Positions 39,412-49,805 of a DNA stretch of 64,000 nucleotides are shown here, one piece after another. The DNA lies in NCBI GenBank assembly GCA_963703315.1, contig OY969811.1, forward strand, positions 3,936,001-4,000,000, in the 5' to 3' direction. How positions within the stretch are numbered: the stretch's first letter is position 1; each line of letters begins with the position of its first letter. The position numbers were made by a program, and so were the translations under genes. This DNA comes from an uncultured cyanobacterium. GTDB taxonomy: Bacteria; Cyanobacteriota; Cyanobacteriia; Pseudanabaenales; Pseudanabaenaceae. The notes below the pieces were generated by a model. The model searched no databases and was not told the origin of the DNA. It was given only the letters and a program-made list of their open reading frames with translations.

Positions 39412-40296
39412 ATGAACCCATCGATAGAAACTACCCTAGATGAGAATATGGGCGATCTCGCAACCTATGAACTGATGGCAAAAGCGATCGCCTTTATTCG
39501 TCAAAACCATCGACAACAGCCAGATCTCGCCGCGATCGCGCAACAAGTCCATCTGAGTGAATATCACTTTCAGCGCTTGTTTACTAAATGGGCAGGGATT
39601 AGCCCCAAGCGATTTTTACAATATCTGACGGTGGAATATGCTAAGTCCAAAATTGCGGAAACAAAGAACTTGCTGGAATTGACTGGAGATGTGGGTTTAT
39701 CCAGTGCAGGGCGATTGCATGATCTATTTGTGAACCTTGAAGCAATGTCACCACAAGAGTTTAAAACTGGTGGTAAAGGTTTACAGATTTGGTATGGCAT
39801 CCATGAAACGATGTTTGGTGATTGCCTGATTGCCACGACAGAGCGAGGTATTTGTAATTTGTATTTTCTGGATGGAATGGATAATCAAGCTGCCGCATTA
39901 ATGCTAAGAGAGGAATGGTCAAAGGCGGAAATTATTTGCGATCGCCAAATTACCCAACCAATTTGCGATCGCCTATTTAGCCATCTTCCTAATCTGAATC
40001 CTGATAGCCAACCAACCCTTACACTCTATGTCAAAGGCACTAACTTCCAAATTCAAGTCTGGCGAGCCTTGCTGCGAATTCCCTTTGGTGGGATTACCAC
40101 TTATCAGGACTTAGGGCGATCGCTTGGTCGTCCCAAGTCAGCCAGAGCGATCGGTAATGCCGTTGGTAGCAATCCCATTAGTTACATCATTCCCTGTCAT
40201 CGCGTCATTCGGGAATCAGGAGAATTAGGCGGCTATCGTTGGGGATTGGAGCGTAAAACAGCAATACTAGGCTGGGAAGCTAGCTATCAAAATTAG
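39412..40296 (+). CDS. AraC-HTH + methylated-DNA--protein-cysteine methyltransferase (Ada-like)
   Basis: SEYHFQRLFTKWAGISPK HTH, GTNFQIQVW and the IPCHRV active site. Confidence 0.92.
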   Translation: MNPSIETTLDENMGDLATYELMAKAIAFIRQNHRQQPDLAAIAQQVHLSEYHFQRLFTKWAGISPKRFLQYLTVEYAKSKIAETKNLLELTGDVGLSSAGRLHDLFVNLEAMSPQEFKTGGKGLQIWYGIHETMFGDCLIATTERGICNLYFLDGMDNQAAALMLREEWSKAEIICDRQITQPICDRLFSHLPNLNPDSQPTLTLYVKGTNFQIQVWRALLRIPFGGITTYQDLGRSLGRPKSARAIGNAVGSNPISYIIPCHRVIRESGELGGYRWGLERKTAILGWEASYQN

Positions 40297-40390
40297 GTTG
40301 GTTGGACTACCCAGTTAAACTATAAAAGGTGATCTCACTATCAGGATTTCAATTGCTCTATAATTGCAGGTAAAATAGAGAAAGATAACA

Positions 40391-40807
40391 ATGGCAGCTA
40401 AAGATAGATTTCATGCTGTAGTTAGACTTGCTCTGGAAAAGGAGCAGTGGAATATAACTGACGATCCGCTACGGCTGGAAGTCGGTGGAACTAAGCTTGA
40501 AATTGATTTAGGTGCGGAGCAATTGCTAGCAGCAGAAAGAGGCACAGAAAAAATTGCTATTGAAATAAAGACCTTTTTGAGTGATTCTCCACTGACGGAT
40601 TATCATGCTGCTTTGGGACAATTTTTGAATTATCGACTTGCCTTAGAAATTATTGATTCAACTCGCATTCTATATTTAGCAGTTCCTGTGGGTGCTTATG
40701 AAGCTTTTTTTAAGCGTGAATTTGCACAAATTTCATTAGAAAGATATCAGATTAAACTAATCATTTACGACCCAATTCAAGAGGTGATTGTCCAATGGAT
40801 ACCATAG
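40391..40807 (+). CDS. xisH: XisH family protein
   Basis: MAAKDRFH, IDLGAE, IAIEIKTF and ALGQFLNYR motifs. Confidence 0.92.
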   Translation: MAAKDRFHAVVRLALEKEQWNITDDPLRLEVGGTKLEIDLGAEQLLAAERGTEKIAIEIKTFLSDSPLTDYHAALGQFLNYRLALEIIDSTRILYLAVPVGAYEAFFKREFAQISLERYQIKLIIYDPIQEVIVQWIP

Positions 40808-41130
40808 ATTTTTATCGCAATGTAATTCAGTCGTTATTGTCAGCTTATGCAGCTATTCCGATCGCCAATGGAGCGATTGATTGCTATACAGTTTTTGATA
40901 CAAAGCAAGACCATTATCATGTAATGAATGTGGGATGGGATGGGCACCGCCGAGTTTATGGTTGTGTTTTACATTTGGATATTAAGAATGGAAAAATTTG
41001 GATTCAGCAAAATATGACGGAAATGCGAGTTGCTCAAGAGCTTGTTGATTTAGGGGTAGCGAAGGAGGATATTGTGTTGGGATTTCAGGCTCCTGAAATG
41101 CGGGAATATACAGGCTATGCAGTTGCTTAA
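40795..41130 (+). CDS. xisI: XisI family protein
   Basis: DHYHVMNVGW, HLDIKNGKIWIQ and DIVLGF motifs; overlaps xisH. Confidence 0.92.
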   Translation: MDTIDFYRNVIQSLLSAYAAIPIANGAIDCYTVFDTKQDHYHVMNVGWDGHRRVYGCVLHLDIKNGKIWIQQNMTEMRVAQELVDLGVAKEDIVLGFQAPEMREYTGYAVA

Positions 41131-41213
41131 TACCAAACCTAAAAATGGCTCTGCCATTTTTAGGTTTGGTATTAAGCCCTCTCCTTTGCAAGGAGAGGGC
41201 TTAAGGGTGAGGT
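41127..41213. repeat. Two adjacent palindromes between convergent xisI and topA
   Basis: TTAATACCAAACCTAAAAATGGC-TCT-GCCATTTTTAGGTTTGGTATTAA (short TACCAA-family form), then AGCCCTCTCC-TTTGCAA-GGAGAGGGCT...GGGTGAGG. Confidence 0.8.
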
Positions 41214-41217
41214 TAAT

Positions 41218-43929
41218 TTATTTGGTAGCTGCGGTCTTTTTTGTCGTTTTTTTTGTGGTTTTCGCAGCAGTTTTTGTGGTTGCGGCTTTCGTAGTCGTTG
41301 ATTTCGTGGTGGTCTTTTTAGCAGTAGTCTTCTTAGTCTCACTAGTAGCCGCTTTAGTCCGCTTACCAGTAGTTTTGCTAGATTTAGACTTAGTAGCTAA
41401 CATGGCGATCGCCTCTTCTAGAGTCAAACCTTCCACTGTTTGCTCCTTGGTTAGCGATACATTCACCTTGCCATGCTTCACATACGCGCCATACTTACCA
41501 TCGAGAATCTCGATCGCTTCATCATCATCGGGATGCTTACCGAGGGCTTTCAGGACTTTAGCGGCGGCGGCTCCACGCAAGGTTTTAGGCTGTGCCAGAA
41601 GCTCTAAACCACGTTCAAAGGTGATGGTGTAAGGATCATCAGTGGATTTGAGCGATCGGTTGTCATCCTTATCGCCATTGCCTTTGACATGACAAACGTA
41701 AGGACCAAAACGCCCTGTATTCACAAATACTCGATTGCCTGTTTCAGGATGTGCGCCTAGAGTGCGTGGTAAAGCCAATAACTTCACCGCCAGATCGAGG
41801 GTGACTTGTTCGGGTTGCATTCCCTTGGGCAGAGAAGCCCGTTTGGGTTTGGGAACTGCTTCTGTTGCCTGACCTAGCTGCACATAAGGACCATACTGAC
41901 CCATCATCATGAAAATTGGCTCATTCAGTTCAGGATGAATACCGACTTGATCGGGACCTTCAAGTTTTTGTTTGAGGAGAAGTTCGATTTTTTCAGGAAC
42001 TAAATCAGAAGGAGTCAAGTTTTGAGGAATGGAAGAATTAACTGTGCGATCGCCTTCTCCCACTTGGATATAAGCGCCAAATTTCCCGATTTTGACCTTC
42101 ACATCATCATCTAAACCTTCAAGACGCACGGTTCTTGCGGATTCTCCATCGATGAGACTATCGCGAGACTTCACCTGTCCGCTTAAGCCCTGTTCACCCG
42201 AATAGAATTTCTTGAGATAGGGCAACCATTCCACACTACCTGTGGAAATATCATCAAGGGTCTGCTCCATTTTAGAAGTGAAGCTAGGATCGACGAGATT
42301 CGGAAAATGTTCTTCTAATAAGCTAGTTACTGCGAAAGCCGTAAAGGTGGGGATCAGTGCATTATTGGTAAGCTGCACATAGCCGCGATCGCAGATTGTG
42401 CCGATAATGCTGGCGTAGGTACTAGGACGACCGATGCCTTCGCTTTCCAGCATTTTTACAAGAGCAGCTTCGGTATATCTGGCAGGGGGTTGAGTTTCAT
42501 GACCGACCGTATTTAATTCACGGCAGACGGGATGATCGCCAATTTTTAATGGCGGTAAAGTGATTTCCTTTTCTTCCAATGCCGCATCAGGATCATCGGA
42601 GCCTTCAACGTAGGCGCGGAAAAATCCTGCGAAATCAATCCGTTTACCTGAAGCACGGAATAAAGCATCCTCAACGGTTAACTGGACGCTGAGCATGGTT
42701 AACTGCGCGTCCGCCATCTGTGAAGCAACAGTGCGCTTCCAGATCAGGTCATAGAGCGCTAACTCACGACCTGATAAACCCGTTTCCTGTGGAGTGCGGA
42801 AAGTCTCACCCGCAGGACGAATCGCTTCGTGGGCTTCCTGTGCGCCTTTAGATTTGGTGACGTACTGGCGAGGTTCTTTGCTGAGGAAGTTGCCGCCATA
42901 CATCGTGGTTACACATTTCCGTGCCGCCTCGATCGCCTGTTGGGACAGATGCACCGAGTCCGTCCGCATATAGGTGATGTAGCCCTGCTCGTACAATGCC
43001 TGAGCTACGCGCATCGAGTCCCGTGCCGATAGGCGCAATTTGCGGTTTGCCTCCTGTTGCAAGGTCGAGGTGGTGAAAGGTGGTGAAGGCTTGCGGGTGG
43101 TGGGGCGTTCATCAAGGTTGCTGACTGACCAGACTTTGCCATTTAAGCGCTCTTTGAGGGCGATCGCTCCTGCTTCATCGAGCAGTAAAACCTTACGACC
43201 CTTGGCAATTTTACCCGTTGCCTCATCAAAGTCTTTGCCAGTGGCTACGTTTGTACCGCTAACCGAAACTAGCTGCACAGGAAATTCTTGTTTCGGTGCA
43301 AACAGATTTGCCTTCAAGTCCCAATAGCTACCTGATTTGAAAGCACGACGTTCGCGTTCACGGTTGACGATTAACCGAACCGCAACGGACTGGACTCGTC
43401 CTGCTGATAGTCCCCATGCAATTTTTTTCCACAGCAAAGGTGAGAGGGTATAACCGACAAGGCGATCAAGTATGCGGCGAGTTTCTTGGGCATGGACTAG
43501 GCGATCGTCGATTTGGCGGCAATTTTTGAGAGCGCCCTTAATTGCTTCAGAGGTGATCTCATGGAACACCATGCGCTTGATCGGTACTTTTGGCTGCAAG
43601 ATTTGCAATAAGTGCCAAGAAATACTTTCGCCTTCACGGTCTTCGTCAGTTGCCAGAATTACTTCTTTCACACCCTTTAGTGCCGCTTTGAGTTCACGGA
43701 CGATTTTTTTCTTATCGTCTGGGATTATATATAGAGGCTCAAAGTCCGCATCAACATTTACACCCAGCTTTGCCCATTCAGTCCCTTTTAACTCCGCAGG
43801 GATGTCACTGGCTGATTGTGGCAAATCGCGTACATGACCCATTGATGCCTCAACTCGATACTCTGAGGGCAAAAAGTTCCGAATGGTGCGGGCTTTGGTG
43901 GGCGATTCGACAATGACAAGGGTAGACAT
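41218..43929 (-). CDS. topA: DNA topoisomerase I
   Basis: LVIVESPTKA, ATDEDREGE, SAGRVQS, catalytic GYITYMRTDS, Toprim C-terminal repeats (GKFGAY, GRFGPY) and a Lys/Thr/Ala-rich tail. Confidence 0.97.
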   Translation of the reverse strand: MSTLVIVESPTKARTIRNFLPSEYRVEASMGHVRDLPQSASDIPAELKGTEWAKLGVNVDADFEPLYIIPDDKKKIVRELKAALKGVKEVILATDEDREGESISWHLLQILQPKVPIKRMVFHEITSEAIKGALKNCRQIDDRLVHAQETRRILDRLVGYTLSPLLWKKIAWGLSAGRVQSVAVRLIVNRERERRAFKSGSYWDLKANLFAPKQEFPVQLVSVSGTNVATGKDFDEATGKIAKGRKVLLLDEAGAIALKERLNGKVWSVSNLDERPTTRKPSPPFTTSTLQQEANRKLRLSARDSMRVAQALYEQGYITYMRTDSVHLSQQAIEAARKCVTTMYGGNFLSKEPRQYVTKSKGAQEAHEAIRPAGETFRTPQETGLSGRELALYDLIWKRTVASQMADAQLTMLSVQLTVEDALFRASGKRIDFAGFFRAYVEGSDDPDAALEEKEITLPPLKIGDHPVCRELNTVGHETQPPARYTEAALVKMLESEGIGRPSTYASIIGTICDRGYVQLTNNALIPTFTAFAVTSLLEEHFPNLVDPSFTSKMEQTLDDISTGSVEWLPYLKKFYSGEQGLSGQVKSRDSLIDGESARTVRLEGLDDDVKVKIGKFGAYIQVGEGDRTVNSSIPQNLTPSDLVPEKIELLLKQKLEGPDQVGIHPELNEPIFMMMGQYGPYVQLGQATEAVPKPKRASLPKGMQPEQVTLDLAVKLLALPRTLGAHPETGNRVFVNTGRFGPYVCHVKGNGDKDDNRSLKSTDDPYTITFERGLELLAQPKTLRGAAAAKVLKALGKHPDDDEAIEILDGKYGAYVKHGKVNVSLTKEQTVEGLTLEEAIAMLATKSKSSKTTGKRTKAATSETKKTTAKKTTTKSTTTKAATTKTAAKTTKKTTKKTAATK

Positions 43930-44308
43930 ATTAGCCTGCAAGGTTGGCGGTAATCAAAAAAAACAATTAAGAAAGCAAATTTAAGGTTTATAAAATGCCT
44001 TCTTAACCTATATACAATGTTTATGTAGAAATTTACTATTTTTTAGTATGACAATAACCATACTAACAAGTTGCTTAAAACTACTAGTTGCCAATTCAGT
44101 CTTTTAGTGCATTGGACTTAATTGCTCAATTAATGCATGGAAAGAAGCATCATGCAAGTAACATCATAAAGTTTTTATATATTCATCGCTATTATAGAGC
44201 TGTCGCCAGTCCTGTTAGGATACTAGCAAAACGAGTGGTAGTGACAAGTGCTGTCCCTCAATGCCTTAAAGAATGGAAGCTTGTGCTGCTTTAACTATGC
44301 TGAGCTAC

Positions 44309-44743
44309 TCACCTACCGCGATATCTAGATGAAGTCGCCAGATCTTCTAGAGATTGATTGCCAGGGTAAAACTTTCCATTAATCTCCCATGTGGGATAGG
44401 CGCGAACTCTTTTGGAACGACAAAGTTGGGTTTGGGGATTCACACCACCCCGATCGCATTCAATTACTTCTAAATGTTTCACTGCCTCTTTACCAAAGCG
44501 TTGTTTTTGATTGTGGCAATGGGGACACCAGTAGGCGGTATATAGCTTTGCACCGATTTTTTGTAAATGCTTGGCTAAGGCGATCGCTTCAGGGCTAGAT
44601 GTGGTTGTAACATTAGGCGCAGCTTCTTGGGCGATCGCTATTTCCGTAAGTGGAGGGGCAAAAGTCAAAGCCGAAATACCTGTGATGCTGGCGATCGTCA
44701 GCATCACAGAGGCTAATGTAGAAGATGATTGGCGAAACTGCAT
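44309..44743 (-). CDS. Secreted thioredoxin-like CXXC protein (VKOR-associated Trx type)
   Basis: ALAKHL...AKLYTAYWCPHC and AYPTWEING motifs, with a signal peptide. Confidence 0.85.
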   Translation of the reverse strand: MQFRQSSSTLASVMLTIASITGISALTFAPPLTEIAIAQEAAPNVTTTSSPEAIALAKHLQKIGAKLYTAYWCPHCHNQKQRFGKEAVKHLEVIECDRGGVNPQTQLCRSKRVRAYPTWEINGKFYPGNQSLEDLATSSRYRGR

Positions 44744-44799
44744 AAACTATACCCATTTCCAACGTTTGATATTGTAACCATAGCTTTAAGCAAGTAATC

Positions 44800-45936
44800 A
44801 TGACAAAACTAGAAAATTTACGAATTGCGATCGTTCATGAATGGTTTGTGAACTATGCGGGGTCAGAGCGTGTTACTGAGCAAATCTTAAATTTATTTCC
44901 CCATGCTGATTTATTTGCAGTTGTTGATTTTCTGGAGGATTCTCAACGGGGATATATTCAAAACAAAAAAGTTACGACTACGTTTATTCAAAAACTACCC
45001 TTTGCAAAAACGAAATTTCGGAAATATCTGCCATTGATGCCTTTAGCGATCGAGCAGCTTGATTTATCTGGCTATGATCTCATTATTTCCAGTTCCCATG
45101 CGGTTGCGAAAGGGGTATTAAGTTCACCGCACCAGTTACATATTTCCTACGTGCATTCACCGATTCGTTATGCGTGGGATTTGCAACATCAATACCTGAA
45201 GGAATCGAATCTAGAACGGGGAATTAAAAGCTGGATCGCACGCTGGATTTTGCACCAAATCAGGATCTGGGACACGCGCACGGCTAATGGAGTGGATTTA
45301 TTTATCGCTAATTCCGAATTTATTGCCCGTCGCATTCACAAGGTCTATCGGCGATCAGCAACGGTCATCTATCCACCTGTAGATTTGCAGAACTATTCCC
45401 TCCAAGAACCAAAGAAAGATTTCTATCTCACGGCTTCGCGGCTAGTCCCCTATAAACGGATTGATCTAATTGTGGAAGCTTTTTCGCAAATGGGCGATCG
45501 CCAGTTAATTGTGATTGGTGATGGCGAACAAATGTCAAAAATCCAAGCGAAAGCCAGCAAAAATATTAAATTTTTAGGTCACTGTGAACCAGAGAAATTG
45601 CGAGGATATATGCAAAATGCTAAAGCCTTTGTGTTTGGGGCGGAAGAAGACTTTGGGATTACGCCTGTCGAGGCTCAAGCCTGTGGTACACCAGTGATTG
45701 CCTATGGTCGTGGTGGTGTATGTGAGTCAGTACGCGGCTTAGATAGCGATCGCCCTACGGGTGTATTTTTTGGTGAACAAACCACAACCAGTATTTGTAA
45801 CGCGGTACTTGAGTTTGAACAAAATTGCGATCGCATTTTACCTGCGACTTGTCGCGAAAATGCGATGCGCTTCTCAATTGAGAGATTTCAAACCGAATTT
45901 TTAGAATTTGTGCAACAGGCTTGGCGCGATCGCTAG
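44800..45936 (+). CDS. Glycosyltransferase family 4
   Basis: IAIVHEW..GSERV, SRLVPYKRID and EEDFGITPVEAQACG motifs. Confidence 0.93.
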   Translation: MTKLENLRIAIVHEWFVNYAGSERVTEQILNLFPHADLFAVVDFLEDSQRGYIQNKKVTTTFIQKLPFAKTKFRKYLPLMPLAIEQLDLSGYDLIISSSHAVAKGVLSSPHQLHISYVHSPIRYAWDLQHQYLKESNLERGIKSWIARWILHQIRIWDTRTANGVDLFIANSEFIARRIHKVYRRSATVIYPPVDLQNYSLQEPKKDFYLTASRLVPYKRIDLIVEAFSQMGDRQLIVIGDGEQMSKIQAKASKNIKFLGHCEPEKLRGYMQNAKAFVFGAEEDFGITPVEAQACGTPVIAYGRGGVCESVRGLDSDRPTGVFFGEQTTTSICNAVLEFEQNCDRILPATCRENAMRFSIERFQTEFLEFVQQAWRDR

Positions 45937-45988
45937 ATTTGGACTTTCTAAAATGCCCAATTTTGAGATAAAGGTCAATACTCAAAGA

Positions 45989-46276
45989 TTAAAACTGACT
46001 CTCAATATCTCTAGATTGATGGAGAATACGCACAATCTCAATAGAATTTTCTGCTTGCATATAGAAAATAGTGTATGGCTTGACTGGAAAGCTACGCAAT
46101 CCTTTTGAAATATCGTTTCTAACCTTACCCATTGATGGAAACTGGGCAATCATAGGGAATTTATCAAATATCCTTGCCAGTATGAGATCAGCAGCTAATG
46201 AATCATGTTGAGCGAGATATACCCATATATCCTCAAGGTCGCCATCTGCTTGCCGAGAAATTTTAAAGCGATTCAT
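45989..46276 (-). CDS. RelE/ParE family toxin
   Basis: ISRQADGDLEDIW, FPSMG..R and IVRILHQSRD motifs. Confidence 0.9.
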   Translation of the reverse strand: MNRFKISRQADGDLEDIWVYLAQHDSLAADLILARIFDKFPMIAQFPSMGKVRNDISKGLRSFPVKPYTIFYMQAENSIEIVRILHQSRDIESQF

Positions 46277-46619
46277 TGCTATTCTGCATCAGCCGACTTT
46301 GACCACGAGTTTTGATGTTTGCTAGCAATGTAGGCATCATATCCGCATGGTATTCATTGTATTCACCATTTTTAAGTTGTGAAATGCCGACATTAATATC
46401 TTGTTGAAGTGCTGCAAGTTTAAGTGCGCGGAGTTCTTCCTCTGCTTGCTGAACGCGATCGCATATTGATTGAAAGGCTGCGGCATCTTGGACTACGACT
46501 TCGGCTTTGCCATTGACGGTCAGAACCATTGGTGATTTTGTGGCTTTGATCTGTTCGATCAAGCCTTTAGCGTTGCGTTTGAAGTCGCTAAGGGATTGGA
46601 TATTTTTAAGGTCGATCAT
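46263..46619 (-). CDS. Phd/YefM-family antitoxin with ParD-like C-terminal extension
   Basis: IQSLSDFKRN...PMVLTVNGKAEVVVQD, then LAALQQDINVGISQLKNGE; overlaps the toxin start. Confidence 0.85.
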   Translation of the reverse strand: MIDLKNIQSLSDFKRNAKGLIEQIKATKSPMVLTVNGKAEVVVQDAAAFQSICDRVQQAEEELRALKLAALQQDINVGISQLKNGEYNEYHADMMPTLLANIKTRGQSRLMQNSNESL

Positions 46620-46757
46620 AATTATCAAATCACTAAATTTAGATCTAATTTAATGATAATCGATCTTTATTTTAATTTTGTGAATTTTTGATATGCGATC
46701 TAGGGGTGAGGCGATCGCTAAAATACGCACAAAAAAAGGGCGCTTAGCGCCCTTTTT

Positions 46758-47663
46758 TTAGCCCTTGAGTTTATTTGATTCAACTACGAGCGAATCGATC
46801 AATGGTTGGAGAATCAACTCCATCGCAAAGCCCATCTTGCCACCAGGAACAACCAAAGTGGTATGACGAGACATGAAGGAATCATGGATCATGTCTAGCA
46901 AATAACGGAAGTCGATTTTGAACTTCTCTCTGAAGACACGATTGGTGTGAATAATTACAAAGCTTTCATCGAGAGTAGGAATGTCGCGAGTAATGAAAGG
47001 ATTGGAAGTATCAACGGTAGGAACGCGCTGGAAGTTAATGTGCGTATTCGAGAACTGAGGCGCAATGTAATTTACATAGTCAGGCATCCGACGCAAAATT
47101 GTATCGACGATCGCTTCAGCACTGTAGCCACGTTCCGCATTATCACGATGAATCTTTTGAATCCACTCCAAGTTCACAATCGGAACTACGCCCACTAATA
47201 GGTCAACATACTGGGCAAGGTTAATATCTTCAGCAACGACACCACCATGCAAACCTTCGTAAAAAAGCACATCGGTATCTGTTTCGATGCTTTCCCAAGG
47301 GGTGAATTCACCAGGTTGATTATTAGTACCTAAGCGACCATTGTGATGAGCGGCTTCTTCAGGACTGTGCAGATAGTAACGTCTTTGTCCATTGCCAGTT
47401 TCACCATATTCACGAAACAGAGCTTCCAGCTTATCTAGCAAATTGGCATTCAAACCAAAATGGCTGAGACTACGACCTTCAGCCGCAGCTTGTTTCATGG
47501 CTTCGCGCATTTCTAAGCGATTGAATTTGTGGTAGCTATCACCTTCAATAACTGCCGCTTTGATATTTTCTAAACGAAAAATATGTTCAAAAGCTCGTTT
47601 GACGGTACTAGTACCAGCACCTGATGAACCTGTTACCGCAATAACTGGATGTTTTTTAGACAA
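46758..47663 (-). CDS. prk: Phosphoribulokinase, proteobacterial-type (CbbP/PrkB-like)
   Basis: HPVIAVTGSSGAGTST, EGDSYH, FYEGLHG, NLEWIQKIHRD and INFQRVPTVDTSNPF motifs; AAGGAG RBS and TTG start. Confidence 0.9.
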   Translation of the reverse strand: MSKKHPVIAVTGSSGAGTSTVKRAFEHIFRLENIKAAVIEGDSYHKFNRLEMREAMKQAAAEGRSLSHFGLNANLLDKLEALFREYGETGNGQRRYYLHSPEEAAHHNGRLGTNNQPGEFTPWESIETDTDVLFYEGLHGGVVAEDINLAQYVDLLVGVVPIVNLEWIQKIHRDNAERGYSAEAIVDTILRRMPDYVNYIAPQFSNTHINFQRVPTVDTSNPFITRDIPTLDESFVIIHTNRVFREKFKIDFRYLLDMIHDSFMSRHTTLVVPGGKMGFAMELILQPLIDSLVVESNKLKG

Positions 47664-47858
47664 ATTTTTTCTCCTTCAGTTTATATGTAGCCCCTCACTC
47701 TTAAATTTATAAGGCGTAGGGCAATTAGCTTGTTTTCAGCTTATTTATAGATTTTGCAGTTTTGAAAGAGTTGCGTCAGCTAGGGCGGCAAATCTGTCAA
47801 ACCATTTAGAATTACTATACCTTTGTATATAGCGCCAACGAAAGCAAAATTTGCGGAC

Positions 47859-48896
47859 ATGATTTCTGCCCCATCTAAATTACAGCAAAAATTCGCTGAA
47901 CCTTTAACTATTGGCAATGTGATCCTCAAAAGTCGGGTGTTGCAATCGCCATTGTCGGGGGTGACAGATTTGGTGTTTCGGCGTTTGGTACGGCGCTATG
48001 CCCCAGATTCAATGCTCTATACAGAGATGATCAGCGCTACGGATCTGCATTATCTCAAGGCTTTACCCAAGTTAATGGAGATCGATCGCCACGAAACACC
48101 GATCAGTATTCAATTATTTGATTGTCGTCCTGATTTTTTGGCAGAGGCAGCGCAAAAGGCGGTACTAGAGGGAGCCGACACCGTAGACATTAATATGGGT
48201 TGCCCTGTTAATAAGATCACCAAAAAAGGTGGCGGCTCATCGTTATTACGTCAGCCTGAACTGGCGGCGCAAATTGTGAGATCAGTGGTTGAGGCTGTTG
48301 ATATTCCTGTGACTGTGAAAACGCGCATCGGTTGGGATGATGCCGAAATTACGATCTTGGACTTTGCGAAACGCATGGAGGATGCGGGAGCCAAGATGAT
48401 CACTGTTCATGCGCGAACGCGATCGCAGGGCTATACAGGTAACGCTAAGTGGGAATGGATTCGTAAAGTTAAAGAGGTGCTGACGATACCTGTAATCGCC
48501 AATGGTGATATTTTTTCAGTGGAAAATGCGATCGCCTGTTTAGAGCAAACGGGAGCCGACGGGGTGATGTGTTCGCGTGGCACATTGGGCTATCCCTTTT
48601 TGGTGGGGCAGGTTGATCATTTTTTAAAAACTGGTGAATACTTGCCAGAGCCGACCGTAATTGAATGTTTAGAAGTTGCCAAAGAACATTTACAAGGGCT
48701 ATGGGATTACAAAGGGATGCGCGGTATCAGTCAATCACGAAAACACATGACTTGGTACGCGAGGGGTTTTGCAGGAGCGGCGGTGTTGCGCGATCGCCTC
48801 TGTCGGATTGAGTCCTTGCAAGATGGAATGGATTGTCTCGATGGGGCGATCGAGGAGTTGCAGGTTCTTGTTCGTCAATCCAAGCTAATCCACTAA
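47859..48896 (+). CDS. dusB: tRNA-dihydrouridine synthase DusB
   Basis: SPLSGVTD, DINMGCP, VTVKTRIGWD, VHARTR and IANGDI motifs. Confidence 0.93.
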   Translation: MISAPSKLQQKFAEPLTIGNVILKSRVLQSPLSGVTDLVFRRLVRRYAPDSMLYTEMISATDLHYLKALPKLMEIDRHETPISIQLFDCRPDFLAEAAQKAVLEGADTVDINMGCPVNKITKKGGGSSLLRQPELAAQIVRSVVEAVDIPVTVKTRIGWDDAEITILDFAKRMEDAGAKMITVHARTRSQGYTGNAKWEWIRKVKEVLTIPVIANGDIFSVENAIACLEQTGADGVMCSRGTLGYPFLVGQVDHFLKTGEYLPEPTVIECLEVAKEHLQGLWDYKGMRGISQSRKHMTWYARGFAGAAVLRDRLCRIESLQDGMDCLDGAIEELQVLVRQSKLIH

Positions 48897-48972
48897 TGTT
48901 GTCAGTTGCTTTGCCTTCTACGTTAGTGACGTAACGAATAAGGTTTTCAATTTGGGCGATCGGCATGGCGTT

Positions 48973-49805
48973 AAACTTCACAACGCAGGGACAATTTATC
49001 GGTGAAGGCGAAAAGGGTTTAAATTAAAGACCAGTAGGGGCAAAGCATTCCCACCGCAATCTATCAATTTCTAAACCATTTTAATTCGGGAATGCTTTGC
49101 CCTAAACCTCGCAACGCAGGGACAATTTATCGGTAAAAGCGAAGAGGGTTTAAATTAAAGACCAGTAGGGGCATAGCATTCCCACCGCAATCTATCGATT
49201 TCTAAACCATTTTAATTTGGGAATGCTATGCCCAAAACCTCACAACGCAGGGACAAGCGATCGGTGAAGGCGAAGAGGGTTTAAATTAAAGACCAGTAGG
49301 GGCATAGCATTCCCGCCACAATCTATCAATTTCTAAACCATTTTAATTCGGGAATGCTATGCCCAAAATCTCACAACGCAGGGACAATTTATCGGTGAAA
49401 GCGAAGAGGGTTTAAATTAAAGACCAGTAGGGGCAAAGCATTCCCGCCACAATCTATCAATTTCTAAACCATTTTAATTCGGGAATGCTCTGCCCAAAAC
49501 CTCGCAACGCAGGGACAATTTATCGGTAAAAGCGAAAAGGGTTTAAATTAAAGACCAGTAGGGGCAAAGCATTCCCGCCACAATCTATCAATTTCTAAAC
49601 CATTTTAATTCGGGAATGCTCTGCCCAAAATCTCACAACGCAGGGACAATTTATCGGTAAAAGCGAAGAGGGTTTAAATTAAAGACCAGTAGGGGCAAAG
49701 CATTCCCGCCCCAATCTATCAATTTCTAAACCATTTTAATTCGGGAATGCTATGCCCAAAACTTCGCAACGCAGGGACAATTTATCGATAAAAGCGAAGA
49801 GGGTT
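48973..49805. repeat. Tandem array of a 131-bp unit (6 full copies + partial), each carrying a GTAG-REP-like hairpin
   Basis: CAACGCAGGGACAA anchors at 48981, 49112, 49243, 49374, 49505, 49636 and 49767. Each full unit has GTAG-GGGCA(A/T)AGCATTCCC...GGGAATGCT(T/A/C)TGCCC. Confidence 0.95.

Noticed and set aside
41072..41632. 186-aa hydrophobic + strand ORF
   Set aside because: Antisense of the Lys/Thr-rich topA tail plus intergenic palindromes.
44088..44294. 68-aa + strand ORF
   Set aside because: TTG start, no RBS or motif, and it includes a repeat-like fragment.
48727..48981. 84-aa minus-strand ORF next to the array
   Set aside because: Overlaps the dusB 3' end antisense, starts within the repeat and has no recognisable motif.
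48973..49805. CRISPR array or other guide-RNA array
   Set aside because: Units are near-identical along all 131 bp with no unique spacers, and no cas or other effector gene is in the window.
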